Assembly: GCA_017467185.1 (NCBI GenBank)
Contig: JAFTSS010000085.1
Span: 1 to 64,000, forward strand
Source of the DNA: Paludibacteraceae bacterium
GTDB lineage: Bacteria > Bacteroidota > Bacteroidia > Bacteroidales > Paludibacteraceae
Direction: 5' to 3'
DNA: 64,000 nt
Shown: positions 28,510-39,546 of the stretch, piece after piece
How positions within the stretch are numbered: the first letter of the stretch is position 1
How the letters are laid out: each line of letters starts with the position of its first letter
Program-made: the position numbers and the translations under genes
The notes under the pieces: model-generated
What the model was told of the DNA's origin: nothing
Database searches by the model: none
Seen by the model: the letters and a program-made list of their open reading frames with translations, nothing else

Positions 28510-31500
28510 ATGGCAAGATTAGGAAAATTAGTAAAAACATTAAAGATTGGTATTGGTACTGCAACAGACTTTTTGAAATCAAAAGGTTTCACTGTCGAGG
28601 AGGATTTTAATGCTAAAATTACAGGCGAGCAAGAAGCTTTACTTTTAAAAGAATTTGCTACACCTGAAATGTTGGCTGAATTTGAGGCTCAAAAGAAAGA
28701 GCCTAAAAAGGCAAAAGTAGAAGAATCTAAAAAAGAGGTTAAGGAATCGACTAAAGACCAGAAAAAAATAGAGGTGAAGGTAGAACCTCAATTTAATGTT
28801 GTAGGTAAAATAGATTTGGATGCTCTTAATAAGCCTAAAGTAGAGAAAAAAGAGGAGCCAAAAATTGAAACTCAAGCAGAATCTAAAACGATAGAGGCTC
28901 AAAAAGTCGTGCCTCAAACTGTTGAAGTGAAGAAAGAGAAACCTAAAAAAGAGGTTGCTCCGATTGCCCCTGAATCAAAACAAGAGGTAAAAAAAGAGGA
29001 ACCAAAGCCTAAAAAAGAGGAGAAAACAAAAGAACCAAAACCAGCTCAAAAAGAAAATCTTGCCAAAGAAAATAAAACAGAAAAAACTGCTGTGAAAGCA
29101 GAATCAAATGTGGGTACGCAACAAGTTACCTCTGTTAAAGCAGAACCTAAAAAAGCAGCAGAACCTAAGAAAGTAGAAGAACCAAAACCAGAAAAGAAAG
29201 AGGAAGAAATTTTCACTTTCCGTAAAGTTGAGTTTAAGAGCGATATTAAAGTTCTTGATAAAATTGACCTTTCTGCCATAAATAGTAATACTCGTCCTGC
29301 TAAAAAATCTAAAGAGGAATTACGTAAAGAGCGTATAGCTAAAGATCGTCAAGCTGCCGAAGCTCGTCGTAAAGCGCAAAAAGAGGCTAATAAAAAAGCT
29401 GCTAAAGAGGGTAAATCTGATGAAGTATTTAGTGTGGATAAGCCTAAATTGCAAGGACCTAATGTCGTTGATAAAATTGATTTGGGTTCACAAGGTAAAG
29501 GTGGTGAAAAAGGCGATAAGAAAAAACGTAAACGTATTGGAGGTGAACGCGTTGATGTAAGTAAAGCTATGCAAGGTGGTGGTCAACCACAAGCTGGCGG
29601 ACAAAAAGAGGGTAAGAAAAAGAATAAACATCAAAAAGCTATTCATACTCCTGTTGTTAGCGAAGAAGATGTTGCACGTCAAGTAAAAGAGACTTTAGCT
29701 CGTCTTACAGAGGGTAATAAAGGTGTTAAAAAAGGTGCAAAATATCGTAAAGAAAAACGTGAAGCCAATGCTCAACGCTTGCAGAATGAGCAAGAAATGG
29801 AACAACTCGAATCAAAAATTCTTAAACTTACCGAGTTTGTTACCGCTAACGAGTTGGCTGCTATGATGAATGTGCCTGTAACTCAAATTATTCAAACTTG
29901 TTTCAATCTTGGTTTGTTCGTTTCTATCAACCAGCGTCTTGATGCTGAAACTATCAATATTGTAGCAGACGAATTTGGTTTCCAAACAGAGTTTGTCTCT
30001 GCCGATGTAGTTAATGCTATTCAAGAAGAGGAAGATAACGAGGAAGACCTCCTCCCTCGTCCACCTATTGTTACCGTAATGGGTCACGTTGACCACGGTA
30101 AAACTTCGTTGCTCGACTATATCCGTAAGTCTAACGTTATTGCAGGTGAAGCTGGTGGTATCACTCAACATATTGGAGCGTACAACGTAACACTCGAAGA
30201 TGGTCGCCATATTACATTCCTCGATACTCCTGGTCACGAAGCATTTACTGCTATGCGTGCTCGTGGTGCTCAAGTTACCGATATTGCTATCATCATTGTG
30301 GCAGCCGATGATAATGTCATGCCTCAAACAGTCGAAGCTATCAATCACGCTTCAGCTGCAGGTGTACCTATTGTATTTGCAATCAATAAAGTAGATAAAC
30401 CAAGTGCTAACCCAGATAAGATTAAAGAATCGCTTGCAGCGATGAATTATCTTGTTGAAGAGTGGGGCGGTAAATATCAATCTCAAGACATCTCTGCTAA
30501 ACATGGTATGGGTGTCAATGAACTGCTTGAAAAAGTATTGCTCGAGGCCGAATTGCTTGATCTTAAGGCAAATCCTAATCGTAAAGCATCAGGTTCGGTT
30601 ATCGAATCTTCGCTTGATAAAGGTCGTGGCTATGTGGCAACTGTGCTTGTAAATAATGGTACGTTGCGAGTTGGTGATATTATGCTTGCTGGTACAGCAT
30701 ACGGACGTGTGAAAGCGATGTTTAACGAACGTAATCAACGTATTAAAGAGGCTGGCCCTGCAGAACCTGTTATTGTACTTGGTCTTAATGGAGCACCTCA
30801 AGCTGGTGATAATTTCAATATCTTCGATCAAGATCACGAAGCTCGCGATATTGCAAATAAACGTGAACAATTAGCTCGTGAACAAGGTCTTCGTACTTCT
30901 AAACATCTTACTCTCGAAGAGATTGGCCGTCGTATTGCTCTCGGCAACTTCCAAGAACTCAATCTTATTGTTAAAGGTGACGTGGATGGTTCTATCGAAG
31001 CACTTTCTGACTCGCTTTTGAAACTTTCTACCGAAGAAATTCAAGTTAATGTAATCCATAAAGCTGTAGGTCAAATCTCTGAAAGCGATGTTATGTTGGC
31101 TACTGCTTCTAACGCAATTATCGTAGGTTTCCAAGTGCGTCCTTCTATGGAGGCTCGCAAATTGGCAGAAAAAGAAGAAGTTGATATTCGTCTTTATTCA
31201 ATTATTTACGATGCAATCGAAGAGCTTAAAGCCGCTATGGAAGGTATGTTGGCTCCTGATATTAAAGAGGAAATCACTGCTACACTCGAAATTCGTGAGA
31301 CATTCAAAATCACTAAAGTTGGTACAATTGCAGGTTGTATGGTTAAAGAAGGTAAAATCAAACGTACCAATAAGATACGTCTCATTCGCGATGGTATCGT
31401 GATTTATACTGGCGAACTTGCATCCCTCAAACGTATGAAAGATGACGTTAAAGAGGTTAACTCTGGTTACGAATGTGGTCTTAATATTGCTAATTACAAT

Positions 31501-31563
31501 GATATTCGTATAGGTGATATTATCGAAGCATACGAAGAAGTAGAAGTTAAGAAAACACTTTAA
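28510..31563 (+). CDS. infB: translation initiation factor IF-2
   Basis: 1017 aa. It has a K/E-rich N-terminal region and a GTPase domain ([29 protein letters not shown]). Confidence 0.95.
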   Translation: MARLGKLVKTLKIGIGTATDFLKSKGFTVEEDFNAKITGEQEALLLKEFATPEMLAEFEAQKKEPKKAKVEESKKEVKESTKDQKKIEVKVEPQFNVVGKIDLDALNKPKVEKKEEPKIETQAESKTIEAQKVVPQTVEVKKEKPKKEVAPIAPESKQEVKKEEPKPKKEEKTKEPKPAQKENLAKENKTEKTAVKAESNVGTQQVTSVKAEPKKAAEPKKVEEPKPEKKEEEIFTFRKVEFKSDIKVLDKIDLSAINSNTRPAKKSKEELRKERIAKDRQAAEARRKAQKEANKKAAKEGKSDEVFSVDKPKLQGPNVVDKIDLGSQGKGGEKGDKKKRKRIGGERVDVSKAMQGGGQPQAGGQKEGKKKNKHQKAIHTPVVSEEDVARQVKETLARLTEGNKGVKKGAKYRKEKREANAQRLQNEQEMEQLESKILKLTEFVTANELAAMMNVPVTQIIQTCFNLGLFVSINQRLDAETINIVADEFGFQTEFVSADVVNAIQEEEDNEEDLLPRPPIVTVMGHVDHGKTSLLDYIRKSNVIAGEAGGITQHIGAYNVTLEDGRHITFLDTPGHEAFTAMRARGAQVTDIAIIIVAADDNVMPQTVEAINHASAAGVPIVFAINKVDKPSANPDKIKESLAAMNYLVEEWGGKYQSQDISAKHGMGVNELLEKVLLEAELLDLKANPNRKASGSVIESSLDKGRGYVATVLVNNGTLRVGDIMLAGTAYGRVKAMFNERNQRIKEAGPAEPVIVLGLNGAPQAGDNFNIFDQDHEARDIANKREQLAREQGLRTSKHLTLEEIGRRIALGNFQELNLIVKGDVDGSIEALSDSLLKLSTEEIQVNVIHKAVGQISESDVMLATASNAIIVGFQVRPSMEARKLAEKEEVDIRLYSIIYDAIEELKAAMEGMLAPDIKEEITATLEIRETFKITKVGTIAGCMVKEGKIKRTNKIRLIRDGIVIYTGELASLKRMKDDVKEVNSGYECGLNIANYNDIRIGDIIEAYEEVEVKKTL

Positions 31564-31579
31564 TTAGAAATAAAATAAT

Positions 31580-31625
31580 AGACACGAGATGTAAGACATA
31601 TTTGTCTTGTGTCTCGTGTCTTTTA
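31580..31625 (+). terminator. hairpin (agacacgagatgtaagaca / tgtcttgtgtctcgtgtct) plus TTTT after infB
   Basis: Inverted heptamer-family arms followed by a T-run. Confidence 0.55.
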
Positions 31626-31630
31626 GTAAT

Positions 31631-31700
31631 TAGTTTTTTTATAATTTCTATAGCCACTATAGCTACTATAGCCACTATAGTTTCTATAGCCACTATAACT
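31631..31700 (+). repeat. nonamer array (CTATAGCCA/CTATAGCTA)x~6 upstream of cvpA
   Basis: Direct inspection. The same family occurs at 47706-47790, 42141-42170 and 11745-11830. Confidence 0.8.
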
Positions 31701-31725
31701 CTCAACTTTTAATTCTTAACTATCA

Positions 31726-32271
31726 ATGAACTATCTTGATATAATTTTAATTATACCTCTTGCTTATGGGCTTGTTCAGGGGCTTCGTAAGGGCTTGGTA
31801 AAAGAAATTGCAGGTTTGCTTGCTGTTGTTTTAGGTATCTATTTAGCGCGTTATTGGTCATTGCCAGCATCGCAAGCTTTGACAGAAATGACAGGTTGGG
31901 CAACAAATATTTGTACTCCTTTGGCATACGCTTTAGTTTTTATAGTTGTTTCTTTATCAATTTCTGCATTGTCATATATGCTCAGTAAGATAATAGGTGC
32001 AATTATGCTTGGTTGGCTCAATCGTCTGTTAGGCGCAGCTTTTGGCGTTGTAAAAATGACTCTATTGTTGAGTGTTATACTCAATTTTGTAGCAATTATG
32101 AATCAGTTTATGCCAATTAAAGATAAACCTGTGGTACAGCAATCATTGCTATATTCACCCATCGAAAATGTGATGAGTGCAGTTTTGCCTTTATTGAATT
32201 TTGAAGATTTTACAACTGCAGTTCGTGAAGGTGTTGTTGAGCCTGCAACTAAAGTAATCGAAGAACTTTGA
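31726..32271 (+). CDS. cvpA: CvpA-family membrane protein
   Basis: 181 aa with 4 TM helices, in the conserved position after infB. Confidence 0.75.
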   Translation: MNYLDIILIIPLAYGLVQGLRKGLVKEIAGLLAVVLGIYLARYWSLPASQALTEMTGWATNICTPLAYALVFIVVSLSISALSYMLSKIIGAIMLGWLNRLLGAAFGVVKMTLLLSVILNFVAIMNQFMPIKDKPVVQQSLLYSPIENVMSAVLPLLNFEDFTTAVREGVVEPATKVIEEL

Positions 32272-32310
32272 TGTGATTTTTATAAAAATAAATGCTGATT
32301 AGCATTAATG

Positions 32311-33241
32311 CTAATCAGCGTTTTTCATATCTATTGAATATTTTAGTCCAATGCGAAATTCATGATATTGCCAATCTTTAATGCCGTATTGATAGGCGAC
32401 GTATGGTTCTAATCCGTATGGGCAAGGAATGCCAATTTTTGTTTTTAATGTCATAGGTTTATCTCCATTATTTTGCCAGCCTATATAACCTCCCCATTCT
32501 GTGATTAGTCGTAAATATAGAGCTTCAAATTCAGCCCTTAATCCATACATGTAGGCATCGTTTTGTTCTGCTCGTCCTGTTTGCCAGCAATAGAATCCGA
32601 TTGACCCAGAAAGACTAAATGATTTTGCCCATTTATTTTCCCAATTTATTTTTTCGGCGAGTGCTAAATCTAAGAAGTATCCTGGAGCATCAATGAATCT
32701 TTTATTCTCAAAATTTCCTCCCGATGCTGTTTTTATGCCTATTCTAACAACTGCCGAAGGTATATATGGTGATGATTTTTTGAACCATTGGTGGTGCAAG
32801 ACTTGAATATTAGTGCTTACATAAATATCTCCAGCAACATTATGCCAATTATTTCGTGTCTCGTATCTCGTATCTCGTGTCTCGTATCTCGTGTCTCATG
32901 TCTCGTGTCTTTTTTTTTGAATAAAAATCCATTACCGAATACCAAGCCTCCAAATTTACCCAACGTGTAAAAAGAGGTATATTCAATCGTAGATTTGGTG
33001 TAAAAGTATTGCTTTGGTCAAATCCTCTAAAGTAACTTCCTGATATTTCTACTGAAAATTTATCTGAAGTTTCTCCCGACGACATCTCTATCACTGGCAA
33101 CGCATTGGGCCCCCACGGCATCTCTTGTCCCCACCCAAACAACGAAAAAAACAAAGCGCAACCTACGAGGCATAACCTCATACATTGCGCTTTAATATTT
33201 AGTTTGTAAGTCATAAGATTATGAGTTAATTTAACTTTCAA
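32311..33241 (-). pseudogene. outer-membrane protein gene split into two frames at a (TGTCTCG)~7.5 heptamer array plus T9 tract (32857-32918); candidate phase-variable or disrupted gene
   Basis: The upstream ORF (33241-32849, with signal peptide) ends inside the array. The downstream ORF (32799-32311) is open through the array in the other frame. Confidence 0.5.
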
Positions 33242-33269
33242 CTCTCAACTTTCAACTTTCAACTCGTTT

Positions 33270-35057
33270 TTACATTCTTTCAGGCATTTCAATGCCGAGC
33301 AATCCCATACCCGAAGTGATAACTTTAGCCACATTAGCAGAAAGTAATAGACGTAAGTTTTTAATCTCTGCATTCTCTTCCTTCAATATTGGAGATGCTT
33401 GATAGAATTGATTATACTCTTTCACTAAGTCATATACATAGTTGGCAATCAATGCAGGCGAGAAATCTTCACCAGCTTGGCGCACTACGTTAGGGTAGTT
33501 TGTAAGCATTTGAATGAGAGTACGTTCTTTGTCAGTAATTTCCATAGCCTCATTTGCTGCTACTACATTGATACCTTGTTCTGCAGCCTTGCGGAGAACT
33601 GATTTGATACGGGCGTTTGTATATTGAATAAATGGACCTGTATTTCCGTTAAAATCAATAGATTCTTTAGGGTTGAAAGTCATATTTTTGCGTGGATCGA
33701 CTTTCAAAATAAAATATTTTAATGCACCAAGACCGACCATGCGGCAAATGTCATTGATTTCCTCTTCCGAGCAATTATCTAATTTGCCAAGTTCGTCAGA
33801 TGTTTCGCGCGCTTGTGCCACCATTTCGGCAATCAAGTCGTCGGCATCAACCACAGTACCTTCGCGGCTCTTCATCTTACCTTCAGGCAACTCAACCATA
33901 CCGTATGAGAAGTGTACTAACTCTTTACCCCATTCAAAACCGAGTTCGTCGAGCAATAATGAAAGTACTTGGAAGTGATAATTTTGTTCATTACCAACCA
34001 CATACACCATTTTGTTGATAGGGTAGTCTTGATAACGGAGTTTAGCTGTACCAATGTCTTGAGTCATATATACAGAAGTACCGTCTGTACGCAACAACAA
34101 TTTCTCGTCCAAGCCATCGGCTGTCAAGTTAGCCCAAACTGAATTATCAGGGCGGCGGTAGAAAATGCCTTTTTCAAGACCTTCTTCCACTTTCGATTTA
34201 CCTTCGAGGTATGTGTCTGACTCATAGTATATTTTATCGAAATCGACACCCATTTTTTTGTATGTTTCGTCGAAGCCAGCATATACCCATTCGTTCATTT
34301 CGCGCCACAAAGCACGTACTTCAGGGTCGTTTTGTTCCCATTTCAAAAGCATAGCTTGAGCTTCAACCATAAGTGGAGCTTTACGTTTTGCCTCATCTTC
34401 TTCCATGCCTTGAGCCATAAGTTCTTTGACTTCGGCTTTATAATGTTTGTCAAATTCTACATAGTATTTTCCTACAAGGTGGTCGCCTTTCATGCCACTT
34501 GATGCAGGAGTTTCGCCATTGCCATATTTCAACCATGCCAACATCGATTTGCAGATGTGGATACCGCGGTCGTTTACTATGTTAGTTTTTACAATTTTCC
34601 AGCCATTAGCCTCTTGAATACGTGAAATAGAGTAGCCGAGAAGGTTATTTCTAATATGTCCAAGGTGTAAAGGTTTGTTAGTATTAGGTGATGAATATTC
34701 AATCATCATCAATGGCGAATTTTCATTTGCACGAGTATGGCCAAAGTCAGCGTCTGCATTGATATTATTGAGCGTAGCTACCCAATGTTGTTGATTTATC
34801 GAAAGATTCAAAAAACCTTTTACAACATTAAATTTAACTACAAGAGCCTCATTAGCAACCAAATATTCACCAATTTCAGTACTTACTTGTTCAGGTGCTT
34901 TGCGCGCAGCTTTTACAAAAGGGAAGGTTAACAACGTAATATCGCCTTCAAACTCACTGCGAGTTTTTTGTAATTGCACTGCACTCTCTTCAACTTCAAG
35001 GCCATAAAGCGATTTTACGGCAGCAACAACAGCTTTCGATAATTTAGTTTCAATCAT
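33270..35057 (-). CDS. argS: arginine--tRNA ligase
   Basis: 595 aa with the class I HIGH-region motif PNTNKPLHLGHIRNN, the KMSKS-region motif GKMKSREG and C-terminus ...GIEMPERM. Confidence 0.95.
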   Translation of the reverse strand: MIETKLSKAVVAAVKSLYGLEVEESAVQLQKTRSEFEGDITLLTFPFVKAARKAPEQVSTEIGEYLVANEALVVKFNVVKGFLNLSINQQHWVATLNNINADADFGHTRANENSPLMMIEYSSPNTNKPLHLGHIRNNLLGYSISRIQEANGWKIVKTNIVNDRGIHICKSMLAWLKYGNGETPASSGMKGDHLVGKYYVEFDKHYKAEVKELMAQGMEEDEAKRKAPLMVEAQAMLLKWEQNDPEVRALWREMNEWVYAGFDETYKKMGVDFDKIYYESDTYLEGKSKVEEGLEKGIFYRRPDNSVWANLTADGLDEKLLLRTDGTSVYMTQDIGTAKLRYQDYPINKMVYVVGNEQNYHFQVLSLLLDELGFEWGKELVHFSYGMVELPEGKMKSREGTVVDADDLIAEMVAQARETSDELGKLDNCSEEEINDICRMVGLGALKYFILKVDPRKNMTFNPKESIDFNGNTGPFIQYTNARIKSVLRKAAEQGINVVAANEAMEITDKERTLIQMLTNYPNVVRQAGEDFSPALIANYVYDLVKEYNQFYQASPILKEENAEIKNLRLLLSANVAKVITSGMGLLGIEMPERM

Positions 35058-35060
35058 ATT

Positions 35061-35205
35061 ATAGATTTTTAGTAGCGAGTAGCGAGTAGCAAGACCTTTT
35101 GTACTCGGCTTCGCCTCGTTAGTCTTTATAGATTTTTAGTAGCGAGTAGCGAGTAGCAAGACCTTTTGCACTCGGCTTCGCCTTATTCGTATTATAGTAG
35201 CGATT
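35061..35205 (+). repeat. tandem duplication of an approximately 72-bp unit containing (TAGCGAG)3, immediately upstream of argS
   Basis: Units 35061-35133 and 35137-35205 are about 95% identical. Confidence 0.8.
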
Positions 35206-35313
35206 TTTTTTAGATTCACATTTTTGTTATTTACACTTACTTATAAAACGAATATTACAAGTTTATAGGCAAATAATTATGCATTATGCATTGTGAATTG
35301 AGCATTGATGTAT

Positions 35314-35386
35314 GAGCCACATTGGGGACTCGAACCCCAGACCTACTCATTACGAATGAGTTGCTCTACCAACTGAGCTAATGTGG
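35314..35386 (-). tRNA. tRNA-Thr (anticodon CGT)
   Basis: 73 nt. The cloverleaf folds manually (acceptor GCCACAT/ATGTGGC, D-arm GCTC-AGTTGGTA-GAGC, anticodon loop TTCGTAA, T-arm TGGGG-TTCGAGT-CCCCA). No CCA is encoded. Confidence 0.85.
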
Positions 35387-35396
35387 CAAGGTTATT

Positions 35397-36347
35397 TTAA
35401 AAACCTATATATAATATCGTTATTGCCGATACAACCGATATGATAATCCAAAGAATTATACCCAATAAAATAGGTCGGAAGCCCACTTGTTTTAAACTTT
35501 GCCATGATAATCCCGAGCCAATCAAAAACAACGTATAAATCATGCCATATCGTGCAATATCCACTGTTTTTTCATACAACTCAGCTCCTTGTGGTACGTA
35601 TGTTGCAATTACCATTGCAATCACATAAAGGAATATAAACCAAGGAATTGATATTTTGCCTTTACCGCCTTCCTCTTTGTTGTATTTATTGTAAACAACA
35701 GAAATAATCAATGTTAGAGGAATAATCCACAACGCACGAATCAATTTTGTTGTAGTTGCAATTTGTAGAGCTAATTCACTTCTTTCTGCTGCAGCACCAA
35801 CTACCGACGATGTATCATGTATCGCAATTGCACACCAATAGCCAAACTCTGTGTCATTCATTCCCAACCAATTACCGAGTGGCGGAAACACAAACAATGC
35901 AATTGCATTCAATGTGAAAATTGTGCCTAATGCCACAGTCATATCATTGTCCTTAGCTTTAATCACAGGCGCAATCGCAGCAATCGCACTACCTCCACAT
36001 ATTGCTGTACCTCCCGACACTAAAGTACGTGTTCCTGTATTAATCTTCAACAATTTACCAATCCATAAACCCAATCCCATCGTCAATGCAATTGAGAATA
36101 TTGTAAACACAAAACCTGTTTTTCCAGCCTCCATTGCTTCTGTCAAATTCATACCAAAACCTAATCCTACAACCGATGCTTGGAGCAATATTTTTGTAAA
36201 AATTTTATTGTGCTGAATAAACGGGTTTCCTATCGTAAATGCCACAATCAATCCCGACAACAATGCTGTAGCCGGTGTCAAAAACGGCACCAAAAATAGT
36301 AGAATTATAAATACTGTTTCACGTGTCTTTTGTGATAAATTAAGCAT
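35397..36347 (-). CDS. YeiH/UPF0324-family putative sulfate exporter membrane protein
   Basis: 316 aa with about 10 TM helices and family-typical N-terminal motifs. Confidence 0.7.
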   Translation of the reverse strand: MLNLSQKTRETVFIILLFLVPFLTPATALLSGLIVAFTIGNPFIQHNKIFTKILLQASVVGLGFGMNLTEAMEAGKTGFVFTIFSIALTMGLGLWIGKLLKINTGTRTLVSGGTAICGGSAIAAIAPVIKAKDNDMTVALGTIFTLNAIALFVFPPLGNWLGMNDTEFGYWCAIAIHDTSSVVGAAAERSELALQIATTTKLIRALWIIPLTLIISVVYNKYNKEEGGKGKISIPWFIFLYVIAMVIATYVPQGAELYEKTVDIARYGMIYTLFLIGSGLSWQSLKQVGFRPILLGIILWIIISVVSAITILYIGF

Positions 36348-36470
36348 AATTTAATAAGGTTTAAAATAAAATGCAAAGTTACTAAAAATAATTTATAAAA
36401 TTATCATTAGTTAAGATTTTTTTAGAGTAAAAAAATATCTGTTATGTATTGTATATTGTATATTTTTTAG

Positions 36471-36478
36471 TAATTTTG
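36471..36478 (+). promoter_or_regulatory. Bacteroides-type -7 box TAATTTTG
   Basis: Lies 21 nt upstream of the smpB ATG. Confidence 0.45.
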
Positions 36479-36498
36479 CAAAGATAAAAATATTAAAT

Positions 36499-36954
36499 AT
36501 GAAAACACAGCAACAAGTAAATATTAAGAATAAGAGGGCGAGTTTCGATTACGAATTAGTAGAACGTTTTACTGCGGGCATAGTCCTTTATGGAACTGAA
36601 ATTAAGTCAATTCGCGAAGGTAAAGCAAGTCTTGTTGATACCTATTGTCAATTCTCTGCTGGTGAACTTTGGGTGCGTAATATGCAAATCTCTGCCTATC
36701 GTTTGGGCTATTATTATAACCACGATGTTAAGCGCGAACGCAAACTTTTACTCAATAAGCGCGAACTTCGTAAACTCGAAAAAGCGACAAAAGAGACAGG
36801 TTACACTATTGTGCCAACAAAACTTTTCACTAACGAGAAAGGTCTTGCCAAACTCGAAATAGCCCTTGCTCGTGGTAAAAAAGCTTACGACAAGCGCGAA
36901 ACTCTAAAAGAAAAAGAAGACCGTCGCGATATGGACCGTGCAATGAAATTCTAA
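36499..36954 (+). CDS. smpB: SsrA-binding protein
   Basis: 151 aa with conserved SmpB motifs ([22 protein letters not shown]). Confidence 0.9.
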   Translation: MKTQQQVNIKNKRASFDYELVERFTAGIVLYGTEIKSIREGKASLVDTYCQFSAGELWVRNMQISAYRLGYYYNHDVKRERKLLLNKRELRKLEKATKETGYTIVPTKLFTNEKGLAKLEIALARGKKAYDKRETLKEKEDRRDMDRAMKF

Positions 36955-36997
36955 AATTAAAAAGCACACTTTCGGTGTGTATTAACCTTTCGAAATT

Positions 36998-37762
36998 ATG
37001 AAAAAAACACTTTTTGGTCTCATTTTTTTTGTGATAAGCATATCACTTTTTGCGCAAGAAAATTATCTTTACGGATCGTTTATTTCTAATGGTCATACAC
37101 TCCCATATCGTTATCTTGAGCCACAAAATATTAAGGTAAACAAAAAATACCCAGTTGTACTTTTTCTTCACGGCGCAGGCGAGCGAGGCATCGACAATGA
37201 ACAGCAACTTCTACATTGTTCAGGTCAATTTCTTAACCCCGACATTCGTGATAAATATCCCGCATACGTATTTTTTCCACAAGCTCCTACAGGTGCTTTT
37301 TGGTCTATTCCTGACCGACTTACAGAATTAAGTCAGGATATGTTTGCTGCCGTAAGTGAGCCAAGTTGGCAATTGCAAACTATCAAAGCAATGGTCGATT
37401 CAATTGCTCAGCTCCCAAATGTTGACCCTAAACGAATATACATAATGGGTATATCTATGGGCGCAATGGCAACATACGAACTTTGCTGGCGTTATCCTTA
37501 TCTGTTTGCTGCTGCAGTTCCTATTTGTGGCGGAGCAGACACCAATCGTTTAGTCAATGCTGCCGAAATACCTTGGCGCATATATCATGGCGATGCCGAT
37601 AAAGTAGTACCTGTAACATTCTCGCGTACAGCATATCGTGCGCTGAAAAATGCAGGAGCCAAAATTGTGTATCGCGAATTTGCAGGTTGTACCCACAACT
37701 CATGGAATCCCGCATTCAACGACCCTGACCTATTCCCATGGCTTTTTAAACAAAAAAAATAG
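36998..37762 (+). CDS. secreted alpha/beta-fold hydrolase (putative esterase)
   Basis: 254 aa with a signal peptide and a nucleophile elbow GISMG. It has the length and pattern of the phospholipase/carboxylesterase family. Confidence 0.65.
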   Translation: MKKTLFGLIFFVISISLFAQENYLYGSFISNGHTLPYRYLEPQNIKVNKKYPVVLFLHGAGERGIDNEQQLLHCSGQFLNPDIRDKYPAYVFFPQAPTGAFWSIPDRLTELSQDMFAAVSEPSWQLQTIKAMVDSIAQLPNVDPKRIYIMGISMGAMATYELCWRYPYLFAAAVPICGGADTNRLVNAAEIPWRIYHGDADKVVPVTFSRTAYRALKNAGAKIVYREFAGCTHNSWNPAFNDPDLFPWLFKQKK

Positions 37763-37766
37763 AAAA

Positions 37767-38987
37767 ATGAAATATTTCTTATACATATTGCTATTCTTTT
37801 GCTCATTCCCCATCGTAGCGCAAAATGCAGTAGGGACTGTCATTGACGAAGATGGAGAACCAATTCCATACGCATCAGTTTATGTAAAAAACGATCCGAT
37901 TGGAGGTACTATGACCGATATGGATGGGCGTTATAATTTGAAAATAGATTCTTTAATTGCATCCGACGATGAAGTTATATTCTCTTTCATCGGTTATCGT
38001 ACAGAGGAGTTTTCTGTAGCTTCAATAATTTCAGATTCCAATTTTACAGTTACTCTTGTCGAACAGCCAATTATGCTCGAAGGAGCAGTCGTAAAAGCCA
38101 AAATATCTCGTAAAGAGAGCACAAAACTAAAAAAAGAAGCCCTTAAAAAATTCGTAGAGCAGATGGCTAACGATTTTCCTAAACGGACAGCCGAATATCC
38201 TGTTTTTTCAATGTATAATGGTTCGCAAGACGAACGTCAGCTCATTCATCATGAGATTGTTGGCACAATAAAAGAATATCCTTTTGATAATAAACGAGGT
38301 GGTGATTCTGTAGCACTTGTTGTGAAATCAGTAAAAGAATTTACGACAGATGAGGCAAAAACAGCTTACGATATGTTTAATGAAATAGCAGACGAACGTA
38401 TCAATAATCCTAAAAAGAAGAAAAAGAAAAATAAACTCACCTACACTAAACGCGATTTAGATTATCAAGCACTTCGTATGCATCGTTTCCTTTGGGGTGG
38501 GCCTACAGGTTCGTTGATTGATATGTTGAACATCAAGAAACCTGCAAAATGGGATTATACTATGATTGGCGATGATGCTGTATTGACTTATACAGAAAAA
38601 GAAAACTATATGGGTATAGTAAAAGGTGAATTGCAACTACATTTTTATATCGACCCTGTTACTTTTCAGATAAATAAAATAGCCCAAAGTCTTTCTGGCG
38701 AATTGCATATACCATTTGGTTATAAACTTAAGGACGAAGAACTTGAATTTATCAATGCTCTTCAGTTTGGTCACGATACACTCGACCGTTACCGTGTTCG
38801 TCATGCCTATGTCGATGTACTTCGCAATGTTTTTTTTCGTCGCACACAAGAGGGTGATGTAGTTATTCGTGAAAAAAACCTTGAAGTTCGTGGCGATATA
38901 ATTGACACTAAAAAGAAAAAACTAAGTTATAGTGCCGAAGCAAAAGCAATAGTTTCTGGTACTCCAAAAATAACAAAAAATGATTAG
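37767..38987 (+). CDS. hypothetical secreted protein with N-terminal carboxypeptidase-regulatory-like (CarbopepD_reg) domain
   Basis: Signal peptide followed by VIDEDGEPIPYASVYV...DGRYNL. The ORF-track start at 37650 overlaps the preceding gene. Confidence 0.45.
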   Translation: MKYFLYILLFFCSFPIVAQNAVGTVIDEDGEPIPYASVYVKNDPIGGTMTDMDGRYNLKIDSLIASDDEVIFSFIGYRTEEFSVASIISDSNFTVTLVEQPIMLEGAVVKAKISRKESTKLKKEALKKFVEQMANDFPKRTAEYPVFSMYNGSQDERQLIHHEIVGTIKEYPFDNKRGGDSVALVVKSVKEFTTDEAKTAYDMFNEIADERINNPKKKKKKNKLTYTKRDLDYQALRMHRFLWGGPTGSLIDMLNIKKPAKWDYTMIGDDAVLTYTEKENYMGIVKGELQLHFYIDPVTFQINKIAQSLSGELHIPFGYKLKDEELEFINALQFGHDTLDRYRVRHAYVDVLRNVFFRRTQEGDVVIREKNLEVRGDIIDTKKKKLSYSAEAKAIVSGTPKITKND

Positions 38988-39055
38988 ATATTTTTTTTCG
39001 GTTTTTAGAAATTTTGTGTATCTTTGCACTATTAAAACCGCAAAAAATATCTTTT

Positions 39056-39538
39056 ATGAAAAAATTGTATTTATTATTGAATTTTGTCTTGGCATTCACT
39101 ATTATGGCGAAAGCCGAGACTTCTTTATTTATTGATTATCTTTCTGATGACGATGCCGAAATAGCATTAAATGTAATTGGTCGCATCGAAATTAAAGATG
39201 AAGTTTTCCGTCTTATTAGTGTTGAGGGAACCGAATTAGCCTCTTGTAATCTTTATGAAGTGAAAAAAATTTCATTTGTCAAAAACTCTACTGAGACTAA
39301 CCTTGTTGATAATAACTCTAATTCTATAGTTATTTTTCCTAATCCAACACAAGAAGTTTTATTTATCAATGGTTTAGAATCTAACGATAAGGTTCGTTTG
39401 TTCGACCTTCAAGGTAAATTGATTTTAACATCTGTTGCCGATACTGATGGTAATTTGCAAGTGTCAGTGTCGCAACTGCCTGACGGAGTTTATCTTCTTC
39501 AAGTAGGAGTAGAAATAATGAAATTTGTTAAACAGTAA
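39056..39538 (+). CDS. small secreted protein with T9SS C-terminal sorting domain
   Basis: Signal peptide, with a Por_Secre_tail-like C-terminus (VIFPNPTQEVLFI...GVYLLQV). Confidence 0.5.
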   Translation: MKKLYLLLNFVLAFTIMAKAETSLFIDYLSDDDAEIALNVIGRIEIKDEVFRLISVEGTELASCNLYEVKKISFVKNSTETNLVDNNSNSIVIFPNPTQEVLFINGLESNDKVRLFDLQGKLILTSVADTDGNLQVSVSQLPDGVYLLQVGVEIMKFVKQ

Positions 39539-39546
39539 AACTAATC

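Noticed and set aside
28510-29500. Very K/E-rich, repetitive N-terminal third of the 1017-aa protein
   Set aside because: This is the normal variable N-terminal region of IF-2, not a separate repeat protein or a foreign insertion.
27430-31402. Multiple 60-216-aa ORFs on both strands inside nusA and infB (e.g. 27430..28080, 29812..30348, 30589..31134)
   Set aside because: They overlap highly conserved housekeeping genes and have no independent support.
37650-37766. N-terminal extension of the CarbopepD_reg-like ORF from 37650
   Set aside because: It overlaps the 3' end of the preceding esterase gene. The signal peptide begins at the ATG at 37767.
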